A stretch of DNA of 64,000 nucleotides. It comes from an uncultured Rivularia sp. (lineage in GTDB: Bacteria; Cyanobacteriota; Cyanobacteriia; Cyanobacteriales; Nostocaceae). Each line of letters opens with the position of its first letter. Position 1 is the first letter of the stretch. Shown here piece after piece: positions 23,628 through 33,444 of the stretch. Position numbers and translations under genes: made by a program. The stretch spans positions 4,832,001-4,896,000 of the forward strand of contig OY762007.1 in the NCBI GenBank assembly GCA_963665115.1, in the 5' to 3' direction. The notes below the pieces were generated by a model that was not told the origin of the DNA, did no database searches, and was given only the letters and a program-made list of their open reading frames with translations.

Positions 23628-25103
23628 ATGTACGTTGTACAAATTGCCTCTGAATGCGCTCCTGTCATTAAAGCCGGGGGTTTGGGGGATGTTGTTTATG
23701 GACTTAGTACGGAATTAGAAAGCCGGGACAATTGCGTAGAGTTGATTTTGCCTAAGTATGATTGTATGCGTTACGACCATATTTGGGGTCTTCACGATGC
23801 GTATAAAGACTTATGGGTTCCCTGGTATAACGGTAAAATTCACTGTTCGGTTTACTGCGGTTGGGTACATGGGCGGGTTTGTTTCTTTATCGAACCCCAT
23901 TCTGAAGATAATTTCTTCAATCGCGGTTGTTACTACGGTTGTGATGATGACAATATGCGCTTTGCATTTTTCAGTAGAGCAGCATTAGAGTTTTTATTGC
24001 AAAGCAACAAGCGTCCAGATATTATTCACTGTCATGACTGGCAAACTGGTTTAATTCCGGTGATGCTGTATGAGATTTACAAGTATCACGGAATGGGAAA
24101 TCAGCGGGTTTGCTACACCATTCATAATTTCAAGCACCAAGGAATGGGTGGTGCGGAAATACTACAAGCAACTGGTTTAAATCGCGAGCCTTATTATTTC
24201 CAATACGATAAATTGCGAGATAATTTTAATCCTTTTGCGATCAACTTTATGAAGGGAGGAATTGTTTACTCTAATGCTGTAAATACGGTGTCTCCCCATC
24301 ATGCTTGGGAAGCTCATCATACAGATGTTGGTTGCGGATTGAGTCATACCATTGATTTACATCAAAACAAGTTTCGCGGCATTCTCAACGGTATCGATGA
24401 TGAGTTTTGGAATCCGCAAAATGACCGACATATTCCCGAACATTACAGCATAGATAACATTGATGCAAAAGCCAAAAATAAAAAAGCATTAAGAGAAAGG
24501 CTGTTGCTACAGGAAGTTGATAAACCAATTGTGGCTTATATCGGTCGATTGGATGGTCAAAAAGGCGTTGAGTTAGTACATCATTCGATTTACCATGCAC
24601 TGTATAAAGATGCACAATATGTTTTGTTGGGTTCGGCAACGGGGGCTAAAATTAACGCTCAATTCCAGCATGAGAAAAATTTCTTAAACGATAATCCCGA
24701 CGTTCATTTAGAACTTGGATTTAACGAAGAATTAGCCCATCTGATCTATGCAGGGGCAGATATGATTGTGGTTCCCAGTAACTACGAACCCTGTGGACTT
24801 ACGCAGATGATTGGTTTGAAATATGGCACCGTACCGATTGTGCGGGCTGTTGGTGGGTTGGTAAATACCGTGTTTGATAAGGATTACGATTCGGAAAAGC
24901 CAGCAGAGAAGCGTAATGGTTACGTATTTAACAATATGGATCATCATGCCGTAGAGTTTGCAATGGAGCGGGCTTTATGGTTGTGGCATAACGAGAAAGA
25001 TGAATTCCGTATGCTTGTCAAACAAGGTATGGATTATGACTATTCGTGGAATCATCCCGCAAACAAATACTTAGGAATTTACGAGTCGATTCGGGAGAAG
25101 TGA
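23628..25103 (+). CDS. glgA: Glycogen synthase
   Basis: KAGGLGDV, HCHDWQT, TIHN and PSNYEPCGLTQM motifs; AAGGAG RBS. Confidence 0.96.
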   Translation: MYVVQIASECAPVIKAGGLGDVVYGLSTELESRDNCVELILPKYDCMRYDHIWGLHDAYKDLWVPWYNGKIHCSVYCGWVHGRVCFFIEPHSEDNFFNRGCYYGCDDDNMRFAFFSRAALEFLLQSNKRPDIIHCHDWQTGLIPVMLYEIYKYHGMGNQRVCYTIHNFKHQGMGGAEILQATGLNREPYYFQYDKLRDNFNPFAINFMKGGIVYSNAVNTVSPHHAWEAHHTDVGCGLSHTIDLHQNKFRGILNGIDDEFWNPQNDRHIPEHYSIDNIDAKAKNKKALRERLLLQEVDKPIVAYIGRLDGQKGVELVHHSIYHALYKDAQYVLLGSATGAKINAQFQHEKNFLNDNPDVHLELGFNEELAHLIYAGADMIVVPSNYEPCGLTQMIGLKYGTVPIVRAVGGLVNTVFDKDYDSEKPAEKRNGYVFNNMDHHAVEFAMERALWLWHNEKDEFRMLVKQGMDYDYSWNHPANKYLGIYESIREK

Positions 25104-25310
25104 TTCGATGCAGGGATTTTAGATTTTGGATTGTAAAAGGCTTTTATATCAATACTTTCCAAAATCTATCTGTTGCATTCATTTTTATTAATTACGCGCT
25201 CTTGGGAGGGCGTTTTTTTATTTCTAAAGTAATTAATTTGGGTAGTTAAACCAATGACGTGGATTGTTTAGTGTATTTAAAGTTAGAATAAATCACTTTT
25301 TTTAGAAAAA

Positions 25311-26871
25311 ATGCGGATAATTTTTTCCAAATCAACTTTTTCAAAATACGTTTTTTCTCAATTCGCAGCAACTTTGATGTCTTTTTCACTACTACCATTA
25401 GCTACAAGTTGCACTTGGGTACAGCAATCCGAGGGAGTAGAGGCTAAGACTTCTGATTTGCAAAACAAACAGCAGGAAAAGGAACCAAGGGAATCTAAAA
25501 TGTCTCAGTTAATTGAAATATTAGAACAAAAATATAGACTATATGAACTTAAGAATTCTCCTGAAGCTTTAGCTGCAAGTCAAGAATTAGTAGAAATTGG
25601 TAAACCTGCGGTTCCAGAATTAATCAACGCATTGAGAAAAAATCGAGTATTTCTTACTTTGGGTGTCGCTGAAACGCTCTCGACAATCGCTCAAAATGAT
25701 TCATCTGTTGTACCTATTTTGATTAACAAGTTAGGGGATAAAGATTTACAGGTTCGTTTTGGTATAATGACAGCTTTAGAAAATGATTTGTTTGTACCTG
25801 AATTAAAAAAGGCTGCACAAAATAAAAATCCTAGAATAGCTGCTAGTGCTATTTATACTTTAGGTAAAGTAGCAGCTGACAGTTCTATATCACCTTATCT
25901 AAATAGTAAAAATTCACTGATTCGTATAAGCACAGAGCTTGCTTTACGCGACAAAACCCCAGAAATATTCACAAATATCAAAAATGCATTAGAACATGAA
26001 GACGTTTTTATCCGTGTAAATTCAGCTTCTATATTAACTCGTTCAATCGGATATATAAAGGAAGTTGCGGGGGTAATCGATTTTGAAGACCTTAATAAGA
26101 TTGCTGAAGTTCTGGTTGAAGGTACAGAACATAAAGACTCGTCAATTCGCTTTACAGCAGTTCAACCATTGCTTTTTATGCTTGTTATAAGACACACTTA
26201 TGAAATAAAAGCAAACCCGCCAATTGTACCCTCAATAATTCAACTGATAAAAGATGAGGACCCCAGGGGTTCGTTATATGGCTATGTTTATAATTTCAGA
26301 GTCAGGAAATGTGACAAAAGCTGCAATTCCATTATTGATGGAAGCGTTGAATGAGAAAGATGAAAGAATTCGCGGTGTAGCAGCTTTAGCATTTCAATAT
26401 ATGGGTTCAGATGCTAAACCAGCAATACCAAAAATAATCGCGATGTTGCAAAATAAGCAAGAAGATGAGCAGAATAGGCGTAATGCTATGAGAGCTTTAG
26501 GTAATCTTAAAAAAAATGCAGTATCAGCCATACCAGCTTTAATTAATACAATTGAAGACAAGCAAAATTCAAAATCTATAGTTCTTGCAGCCGCAGATGC
26601 TTTGCAGAAAATAGATTCTCTAGTTGTCATTCCTTATTTAGTTAACAATATATCAGAGAAAGATAAAAATTTTCGCGCAGCTTGGCTACGTCTTTTATGG
26701 GATGCTGCAAACGAAATAAAAAACAATAAAAAGAATTTATCTCAAGCTGAGTTAGAAAAGGCAATATCCGACTTAGAAACAGCTTTGAAAACTATCGAAA
26801 ATTCTGAACATGAGATTCCCCAGCATATTGCTTCATCACTACAAAGATCGATCGCAGAGTTGAAGAAATAG
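25311..26871 (+). CDS. Exported HEAT-repeat (PBS-lyase-like) protein, paralog 1, split by a +1 frameshift near 26265
   Basis: HEAT repeats; removing one base in GGACCCCAGGGG gives KDEDP(G/R)VRYMA, collinear with paralog 2 (EDQDSAVRYMA). Confidence 0.82.
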
Positions 26872-27005
26872 AGTTTTTCAATCTCTAAGCAGATTAATTT
26901 AGGTAATTAAACGAATGACGTTAATCAAATTACGTAATTAAGCTTGATTAAACCATATACCCTTGTAATATAAATTACTCGTTTACTTCAAAAAGGCGTA
27001 TTAAT

Positions 27006-28367
27006 TTGTCTAAATCAACTTTACCTAAATTACTTATCTCTCAACTGGCAGTAGCTTTGATGTCTTTGTCAATACTGCCACTCAATACAAGTACAGCTTT
27101 GGCTCAGCAGTTACAAGAACAAAATTCTCAACAAGCAGTATCTACAATTCCTAAATTGATTGAGATATTAGAGCAAAGAGAAATTTATCGCTCCTCACCT
27201 GTTGCTGAAGCTGCAATCCAACAATTAGTTAATATTGGTAAGCCTGCTGTACCGCAATTAATCGAAGCATTCAAAAAAAATCGGGCATTTTTGACTATAG
27301 GTTTAGGAGAAACGCTCGCGAAAATAGCACAAAAAGATTCATCTGTTGCACAAATTTTGATTGATAAATTGGGAGATAAAAATACTCAGATTCGTCTCGG
27401 TGCGATGCTTGCTTTAAATGATGATTCCTTTGAAGCTGCATTAAAAAAAGCAACGCAAGATAAAAATCCACGAATACGCACAAGTGCGGTTATTTCTTTA
27501 GCTTCAGTTGATAAGAAATCTGCCGAGACTGTGAAAATTATTAAAAATGGATTAAAAGACGAAGATATAATAATTCGTGTGACTTCAGCTTCGATATTGT
27601 CTGAGATAAATTCGGAAACAGCTTCTGCAACTCCTATATTAATTGAAGCATTAGAAAATCAAGATTCGGTAATTCGTTTAATCGCGTTTGAGCAACTTAT
27701 AAAAACTAATAAAAATAATTCCCAGAATTTACCTGTAATAATCAAAGCTATTGAAGATCAAGATTCAGCAGTTCGCTATATGGCTATTAATAGAATTTCA
27801 GATTTGGAAAAAGAACGTAAAGCGACAATTCCAGCTTTAATTAAAGCATTGGACGATAAAGATGGTAATATTCGCAGTGCTGCAATTTACGCATTAGGAA
27901 ATATGGGTTCCGATGCTAAAACAGCGAAGCCAAAATTAGTTGCGATATTGCAAAATCAGCAAGAGAGTGACGAAAATCGCGGTAGTGCTGCAATGGCTTT
28001 GGGTGAGATGAGAAAAGATGCTGTATCAACGGTACCCACACTGATCAATATATTAGAAGATAAGCAAATTACAAAAATGCTAGCTGTGAGTAGTGCGATC
28101 GCTTTAGATAAAATTGATTCTCAAGCTTTGATTCCTGCTTTAGTCAAAAGGTTGCCGGATAAACAAATGGAAGTTCCTTCGACAGTTATGTTGAGCAGTA
28201 TCGCATCCAAAATGAAAGAGAATCAAGCTAGTTTTTCTAATGATGAATTAGCGCAGGCAATTTCACAATTTGAAACAGCTTTGAAATTTATTGATAATTC
28301 GGAAAATGAAATTCCCCAGGATAAGGTTGAAGTGTTGCGGCAGTCGGTAGCGGTTTTGAAAATGTAA
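27006..28367 (+). CDS. Exported HEAT-repeat protein, paralog 2
   Basis: Signal peptide …STALA|QQ, multiple HEAT repeats, clear similarity to the upstream gene. Confidence 0.88.
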   Translation: MSKSTLPKLLISQLAVALMSLSILPLNTSTALAQQLQEQNSQQAVSTIPKLIEILEQREIYRSSPVAEAAIQQLVNIGKPAVPQLIEAFKKNRAFLTIGLGETLAKIAQKDSSVAQILIDKLGDKNTQIRLGAMLALNDDSFEAALKKATQDKNPRIRTSAVISLASVDKKSAETVKIIKNGLKDEDIIIRVTSASILSEINSETASATPILIEALENQDSVIRLIAFEQLIKTNKNNSQNLPVIIKAIEDQDSAVRYMAINRISDLEKERKATIPALIKALDDKDGNIRSAAIYALGNMGSDAKTAKPKLVAILQNQQESDENRGSAAMALGEMRKDAVSTVPTLINILEDKQITKMLAVSSAIALDKIDSQALIPALVKRLPDKQMEVPSTVMLSSIASKMKENQASFSNDELAQAISQFETALKFIDNSENEIPQDKVEVLRQSVAVLKM

Positions 28368-28499
28368 TAAACCATTTTGGATTTTTCGTAACCCTCATTT
28401 TTCGTAGCCCTCACTCTAGAAGAGTGGGGCTAATACTACGAAGCCCACCTGCGTGGGCTAATTAAAGAGCGTATTTAATATAAAAAAGCTTTTAAAAAA

Positions 28500-29384
28500 C
28501 TATTTAATTTCGGTGGTTAATTCGTATGTAGCGTTACCGCGAGTTCCACCTACTACAATTTGATAATCTCCGTTTTGAGGAAGTTTTCCGCTCCAATTTC
28601 TTGCTTCTTGCTGCAAAGTTTGACCGTTAGGAGAAAGTATATCAAATACAGCGTTATCTTCCAAAGAAGTTATATTCAAATTCATTTGCTGTCCTTTATT
28701 TGCACCAAGTAAATAAATATCGCGAGCTCCTCTAATAACGGAATCTTTAACGGTTTTGGAACTAGCACCTCGATCGAATTTTACTCTTATTGTTCTATCG
28801 CCAGGATTGTTGTAAAGAGCCGAATCATTTTCTGAAGTTGATGTTAAAGTCGAGCAATCGACTTTGTTATAAGTTGCTTTATCGGTAATTAAAGATGATT
28901 CTGTAATTGTCCAATTACCTTGATAATTAAGAATCTCAACTTCAATTCTTGTTTCCGCAGTAAGCTGTGCTTTATTTCCTGTAAGCGTTCCTTCAAAAGT
29001 ACGACTATAATTATCTGATGCACCTATAAAATTAAAATCACTTGTACCTGTAATTTTACCGTTGACTCGATTATTAGAATTAATATTTACTTCCGCTCCA
29101 GCATTAATAGTTTTTGTATTTGCTTTATAGCAGTAAGTACCGGATGCTAACGTTTTATTTGAAGCTGTTTTTGTTGTTTTTGATGTAGATACGGGAGCTT
29201 CCGAAGTTTCCTCGGTTGTGGAAGATGCTTGAGCAACTGAATCTTGATTATTCTGGGTTGTAGTTTCGACTGGAGCTACTGTTGTATCAGTCGTATTAGC
29301 CGTGCTGGAATTATCTTCTCCGCAACCCGTTAAATTTAACAATGCAATTATAATTGTTCCAGAAAATAATAGTTGATTTTTCAT
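28500..29384 (-). CDS. Lipoprotein with a C-terminal PPC-like beta domain
   Basis: Lipobox LTGC, Thr/Ser-rich linker, YLLGANKGQQM…LPQNGDYQIVV. Confidence 0.8.
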   Translation of the reverse strand: MKNQLLFSGTIIIALLNLTGCGEDNSSTANTTDTTVAPVETTTQNNQDSVAQASSTTEETSEAPVSTSKTTKTASNKTLASGTYCYKANTKTINAGAEVNINSNNRVNGKITGTSDFNFIGASDNYSRTFEGTLTGNKAQLTAETRIEVEILNYQGNWTITESSLITDKATYNKVDCSTLTSTSENDSALYNNPGDRTIRVKFDRGASSKTVKDSVIRGARDIYLLGANKGQQMNLNITSLEDNAVFDILSPNGQTLQQEARNWSGKLPQNGDYQIVVGGTRGNATYELTTEIK

Positions 29385-29641
29385 TTTGAAAAATTTATTT
29401 TCGCTTTTATGTTAAGGGATTATCTAGTTGATTGTAGATGATTCAAGTTAATATTAAGGTCATCCGTAAAAAATAGATATTTTCAAAATTAACAGGTATC
29501 ACATTGCTAGTCATCCGTAAAAATTACGATGCTTCCAAAGAAGAATAAGGGAATACATTTTTTAACAAATTAAATGAATCTAATTCATGTAGAATTATAT
29601 CGTGAAGCCTATATTTTCTCTTTTAGCTAATTTATAAAAAA

Positions 29642-30571
29642 ATGTCAGAGAAGCAATCGGTTAACCAGGAAATATTGTTAAAACCCGGCACCTTATGGAC
29701 AAGAATTCGAGAGCAAACCCAATACGGGCTTGAATGTGGTGCTTTGCAGTCTATTAAAACCGATTATGAATTTGTAGAAGAAAAGGGAGTTAATTTTTTA
29801 GTCAGAATTTTATCGAATTTAACTCGTAAAGACGAAGCGAAAAAGAAGCAGGATAAAGCTACTAAGAAAGGTAAGGATTTTAATCCTTTTCTTCCTTATG
29901 AAGAAGATTTATTTGTTGCTGATATTTCCCCAACGCATCTATGTTTGTTGAATAAATTTAATGTTGTCGAAAATCACCTGTTAATCGTGACTCGCGAATT
30001 TGAATCACAGGATAGTTTATTAAATTATCAAGATTTTCAAGCGATGTGGGCTTGTTTGGCTGAAATTGATGGTTTAGTATTTTATAACGGTGGCAAAATT
30101 GCTGGTGCTTCTCAACGACACAAGCATTTACAACTTGTTCCTACACCACTTGCACCAAATCAAAAAGAATCTATTCCAATTGCACCTTTGTTTGCATCTG
30201 CTGTTTTTGAAGGTGATGTAGGAAGGGTGCCGGATTTGCCTTTTGTTAATGGGTTGTGTAGATTTGCTTCCGATTTAGTCAATTCTCCTAATGATGCTGC
30301 TCAAATTACTCTTGAACTTTACTATAAATTGCTTAAGGCTGTTAATTTGTTGACTGAAGATACAGAAAATAATTCTATCTCTTACAACTTTTTAGCTACA
30401 AGAGAATGGATGTTTATTGTACCGCGTTCGGAAGAACATTTTGAGTCAATTTCTGTTAATTCTTTGGGTTTTGCTGGTGCTTTATTGGTAAGGAATCAAG
30501 AGCAAATGCAGATGTTAAAGGATTGTAAACCGATGGAGGTTTTGAAGCAGGTTGGGGTGAGTGATGATTGA
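29642..30571 (+). CDS. ATP adenylyltransferase / Ap4A phosphorylase II
   Basis: NPFLPYE, LLNKFNV, FYNGG..AGASQRHKHLQ and NSLGFAG motifs. Confidence 0.92.
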   Translation: MSEKQSVNQEILLKPGTLWTRIREQTQYGLECGALQSIKTDYEFVEEKGVNFLVRILSNLTRKDEAKKKQDKATKKGKDFNPFLPYEEDLFVADISPTHLCLLNKFNVVENHLLIVTREFESQDSLLNYQDFQAMWACLAEIDGLVFYNGGKIAGASQRHKHLQLVPTPLAPNQKESIPIAPLFASAVFEGDVGRVPDLPFVNGLCRFASDLVNSPNDAAQITLELYYKLLKAVNLLTEDTENNSISYNFLATREWMFIVPRSEEHFESISVNSLGFAGALLVRNQEQMQMLKDCKPMEVLKQVGVSDD

Positions 30572-30816
30572 GATAATGAACCAGATTGATGTTGGATAAC
30601 GAACTAGTACAGTACGGCGTAAATAAAGCACCCATTTAAAAAGTTTGAAAGCCTTATCATATAATACTTTTTACTTCTTACTTTTGACTTTTTACTTCCG
30701 CGCAGCGGTACTAGATTGATGTTGGATAATCAACCAGATTGATGTTAGATAACGAACTAGATTGATGTTGGATAATGAACCAGATTGATGTTAGATAACG
30801 AACTAGATTGATGTTA
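30572..30816. repeat. 23-bp minisatellite x6 with alternating variants, interrupted by a MITE
   Basis: GATAA(T/C)GAAC(C/T)AGATTGATGTT(G/A) units. Confidence 0.92.
30604..30714. mobile_element. ~103-bp MITE-like element flanked by duplicated CTAG
   Basis: CTAG-TACAGTACGGCGTAAATAAA…TTTACTTCCGCGCAGCGGTA-CTAG; sister repeat units contain a single CTAG. Confidence 0.85.
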
Positions 30817-30842
30817 AATAGCGAGCAAGATGCTCGCACTAC

Positions 30843-30973
30843 TAAGTACCTACGCAAAATTAATTGTGTATTGTCATTGCGAGGAACGAAGCATATGTCC
30901 GATAGGGACACGCTCCGCTAACGCAGGGACTTGAAGTTTTCAGAATGTTAAATTAATTTTGCACGAGTACTTA
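30843..30973. mobile_element. MITE-like element with 23-bp imperfect TIRs (TAAGTAC….GCAAAATTAATT)
   Basis: 19/23 inverted match between the ends; reads as a TA duplication within a CTAG target. Confidence 0.75.
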
Positions 30974-31027
30974 GTACATATAATGATAGTCTTGTCTTAT
31001 CTTACGAGCGCTAAGTAATTTACATCA

Positions 31028-31495
31028 ATGGTTCAAACATCAGATAGTTCCCCTATTTCGGATTCGGCTAAACAACAACGCGCACCTTACAGTATTGATT
31101 ATAAAATTAAGCTGCTATCTCAACTGCTATCGCGCAGGTTTAACGAACATCTCGAACATTTGAAATTAACTCCTTTTCATTGGATTGTTTTGTGCTGTTT
31201 GTGGGAAGAAGATGGTTTACCTACTTCTAGTATTGGCGAGAAACTGAAACAAGTTGGCGGTACTTTAACTGGTGTTATCGATAGAATGGAAGAAAGAGGT
31301 TTGGTACGTCGCGAACGAAATATGGAGGATAGAAGGGTTTGGCGGATATGGTTGACTGATGAAGGCAAAAAGCTTGAAACTGTTTTACCGCCTATTGTTG
31401 AGGATATTCGAGAACAAGCTATGGAGGGATTTTCAGATGGCGATCGCCATCTTTTCTCTCAGTTATTGAATAAAGCGGTTGCCAATTTATCTTAG
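31028..31495 (+). CDS. MarR family transcriptional regulator
   Basis: TLTGVIDRMEERGLVRR…DRR…LTDEG winged HTH. Confidence 0.93.
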   Translation: MVQTSDSSPISDSAKQQRAPYSIDYKIKLLSQLLSRRFNEHLEHLKLTPFHWIVLCCLWEEDGLPTSSIGEKLKQVGGTLTGVIDRMEERGLVRRERNMEDRRVWRIWLTDEGKKLETVLPPIVEDIREQAMEGFSDGDRHLFSQLLNKAVANLS

Positions 31496-31538
31496 TCTCG
31501 ATCTTTTTAAGATTTTAATAATAATCGATATTCACTAC

Positions 31539-31641
31539 TAAGCTGACGTGCAGCTAAATTGTATAAGGTAAAGAATTTGAACGATTGTAGTGCGGGCATC
31601 TTGCCCGCTTCTCATATACAAATTGAATATGCAACAGCTTA
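31539..31641. mobile_element. MITE-like shell (TAAGCTG…TGTATA / TATACA…CAGCTTA) enclosing REP GTAGTGCGGGCATCTTGCCCGCT
   Basis: Imperfect 27-bp inverted ends; internal hairpin at 31587-31609. Confidence 0.7.
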
Positions 31642-31860
31642 TATTTTGCAGCTAAAGCTAATTGATTGACTATTATACAAGCAGATAAAAACAGTAGAGA
31701 AAGAATAATTTGGTTGAGAGCAGTAATCATAAAAGCTAAATAAATTGATATTTGCTTGCTGTTAATAACTGCTGATTTGTTTGTTTGTCGAGTGCAGTGA
31801 GATACTCATTCCGTAACACATCCTACTAAGGCTGAATCCGCCACGTATAACAAAGCAAAG

Positions 31861-31906
31861 TCGAGGTAATTCTACATTTACTAGAGAATTACCTCGATTT
31901 TTTTTT
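31861..31906 (+). terminator. Rho-independent terminator
   Basis: Perfect 13-bp stem TCGAGGTAATTCT / AGAATTACCTCGA followed by T9. Confidence 0.8.
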
Positions 31907-31973
31907 ATACTCTTATTTGCTGCTTTTTAATCTGATTAATAATCAATACATTCGCTACCCTGATGCTTTATTG

Positions 31974-32195
31974 TCAAGCTTTTTTAGATGATGGCTTGAG
32001 AAATAGCCATGCTACAAAAAATGTTGCTGCGGTAAATAGTTGAGTTAAATCTAATGCTGACAAATAACCATCTGACAATGATGCAATACTTCTATCTGTA
32101 ATACCAAATAGCCAACATGATACGCCAAACAACCAAATCCCATTTTTGAGATTTACAATAAATTCTTTCGCTTCTGGCGATTTTTGCTTATTCAT
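31974..32195 (-). CDS. Small two-TM conserved hypothetical protein
   Basis: 73-aa ORF containing WLFGITDRSIA…YLSALDLTQLFTA…WLFLKP. Confidence 0.75.
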   Translation of the reverse strand: MNKQKSPEAKEFIVNLKNGIWLFGVSCWLFGITDRSIASLSDGYLSALDLTQLFTAATFFVAWLFLKPSSKKA

Positions 32196-32519
32196 AATGT
32201 CCTATTTTGTTGAGAAAAATAGCAAGCAGTAAGTACGAATGCCCCCATACCTCTCGATTAATAATTCTTAACTTAGTGACTATATGTTAATAAATATTTC
32301 CTAAACTTGACAGATGCCGCTTGATACAAATTAAAAATTGCAGTTGATTAATTGTAAGCGAGTCATTCAAATCGTTTTGTGCCAAGTTTGACCAAATGCT
32401 TTACAAATATTTAACTTTCTTCAAATAACTGTATTAGATACGGCATAATTACCCGTAGAAAGCTCGAACAAACAAAACAAAGCCCGTCTGTCTACACGGG
32501 CTGGATTAGGAATTATTTT

Positions 32520-32945
32520 CTAGAGTGTTGTATTTATTTGATTGCTCGCTTTTCGCGATGCAGCAATGATAAGGCAAGCTGGTGGCATCATTAACCAGAA
32601 ACCAGAAATTGGAATTGCGATCGCACCAATAATTGAAGTTATCAGCAGATTCCAGCCAATAGCTTCTGGTAATGAAATCTTATGAGAATGCGCCCAAAAA
32701 CATAGTTGTGCCAAAATTATAAAAAATGCTGTCAATGTCATAAACCAAAATGCATCTTCTCGTGCAAAATCAGGTGCAAATGGGTTTGGAGCAACACTAT
32801 TAAAAAATCCGTTGCGAACAATTTCTCCTAATGGCTCTCCATAAAGCCAGAAGCCAACAATCACATGGATGATACTCGTAACTACTAACCAATATCCGCT
32901 AAATTGAAGCATATTAAACCTCGTTTTCCTCTGAAACCAAACCAA
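32520..32945 (-). CDS. DUF6463-like membrane protein
   Basis: IH..G, AFWF and PISGFW motifs, four TM segments; the true start may be the downstream MLQFSG. Confidence 0.75.
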   Translation of the reverse strand: MVWFQRKTRFNMLQFSGYWLVVTSIIHVIVGFWLYGEPLGEIVRNGFFNSVAPNPFAPDFAREDAFWFMTLTAFFIILAQLCFWAHSHKISLPEAIGWNLLITSIIGAIAIPISGFWLMMPPACLIIAASRKASNQINTTL

Positions 32946-33360
32946 GCTGTTTCATGACTTCGAGCAGGTTGCATTCATACCACCACTCGATAATCTTGCC
33001 TTCAATAATTCTCAATAAGGTAAAGTCATTCGCTTTGACTGCTTTATTTGTTGCTGGAGTACCTAAAAATTCCCCTGTATTCGTCCCCTCAATTGTGGTT
33101 CGATAAACAACTTTGTCATCTTCAGCAATTACATCTTCAATTTGCTGTTTGATATCAGGGAATCCTTCAAACAAACTTAGATTAAATTCTTTATTCGCTT
33201 CTAATCCCACAATCGGCTCGGCAAAACTGTTGAAGTGATACACAACATCGGGACTCATTAATTCATCCCAAACCTCTCTCCAGTTAGCATTTATGCCCCA
33301 TCCTTCTTTCGCAAAGCGCAATGCTGTTACTCTGTTTTGTTCTGCAATGATATTCATCAA
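32914..33360 (-). CDS. SnoaL-like ester cyclase (NTF2 fold)
   Basis: GFPD…IEDVIAEDDKV…GTNTGEFLG.PAT…GKI.E.W. Confidence 0.9.
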   Translation of the reverse strand: MMNIIAEQNRVTALRFAKEGWGINANWREVWDELMSPDVVYHFNSFAEPIVGLEANKEFNLSLFEGFPDIKQQIEDVIAEDDKVVYRTTIEGTNTGEFLGTPATNKAVKANDFTLLRIIEGKIIEWWYECNLLEVMKQLGLVSEENEV

Positions 33361-33381
33361 CTTTTTCCTTTTTTTTATTTA

Positions 33382-33444
33382 ATACGCTACCGTATGGTTG
33401 TAGATTATTACTTAAATTAGTTGACTGTCAATACGCTGCCGTAT
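33382..33444. promoter_or_regulatory. Two palindromic operators ATACG-N4-CGTAT, putative TetR sites
   Basis: ATACGCTACCGTAT at 33382-33395 and ATACGCTGCCGTAT at 33431-33444, between the divergent genes. Confidence 0.7.

Noticed and set aside
30572..30816. CRISPR interpretation of the 23-bp repeats
   Set aside because: The units are contiguous with no spacers, so this is a minisatellite.
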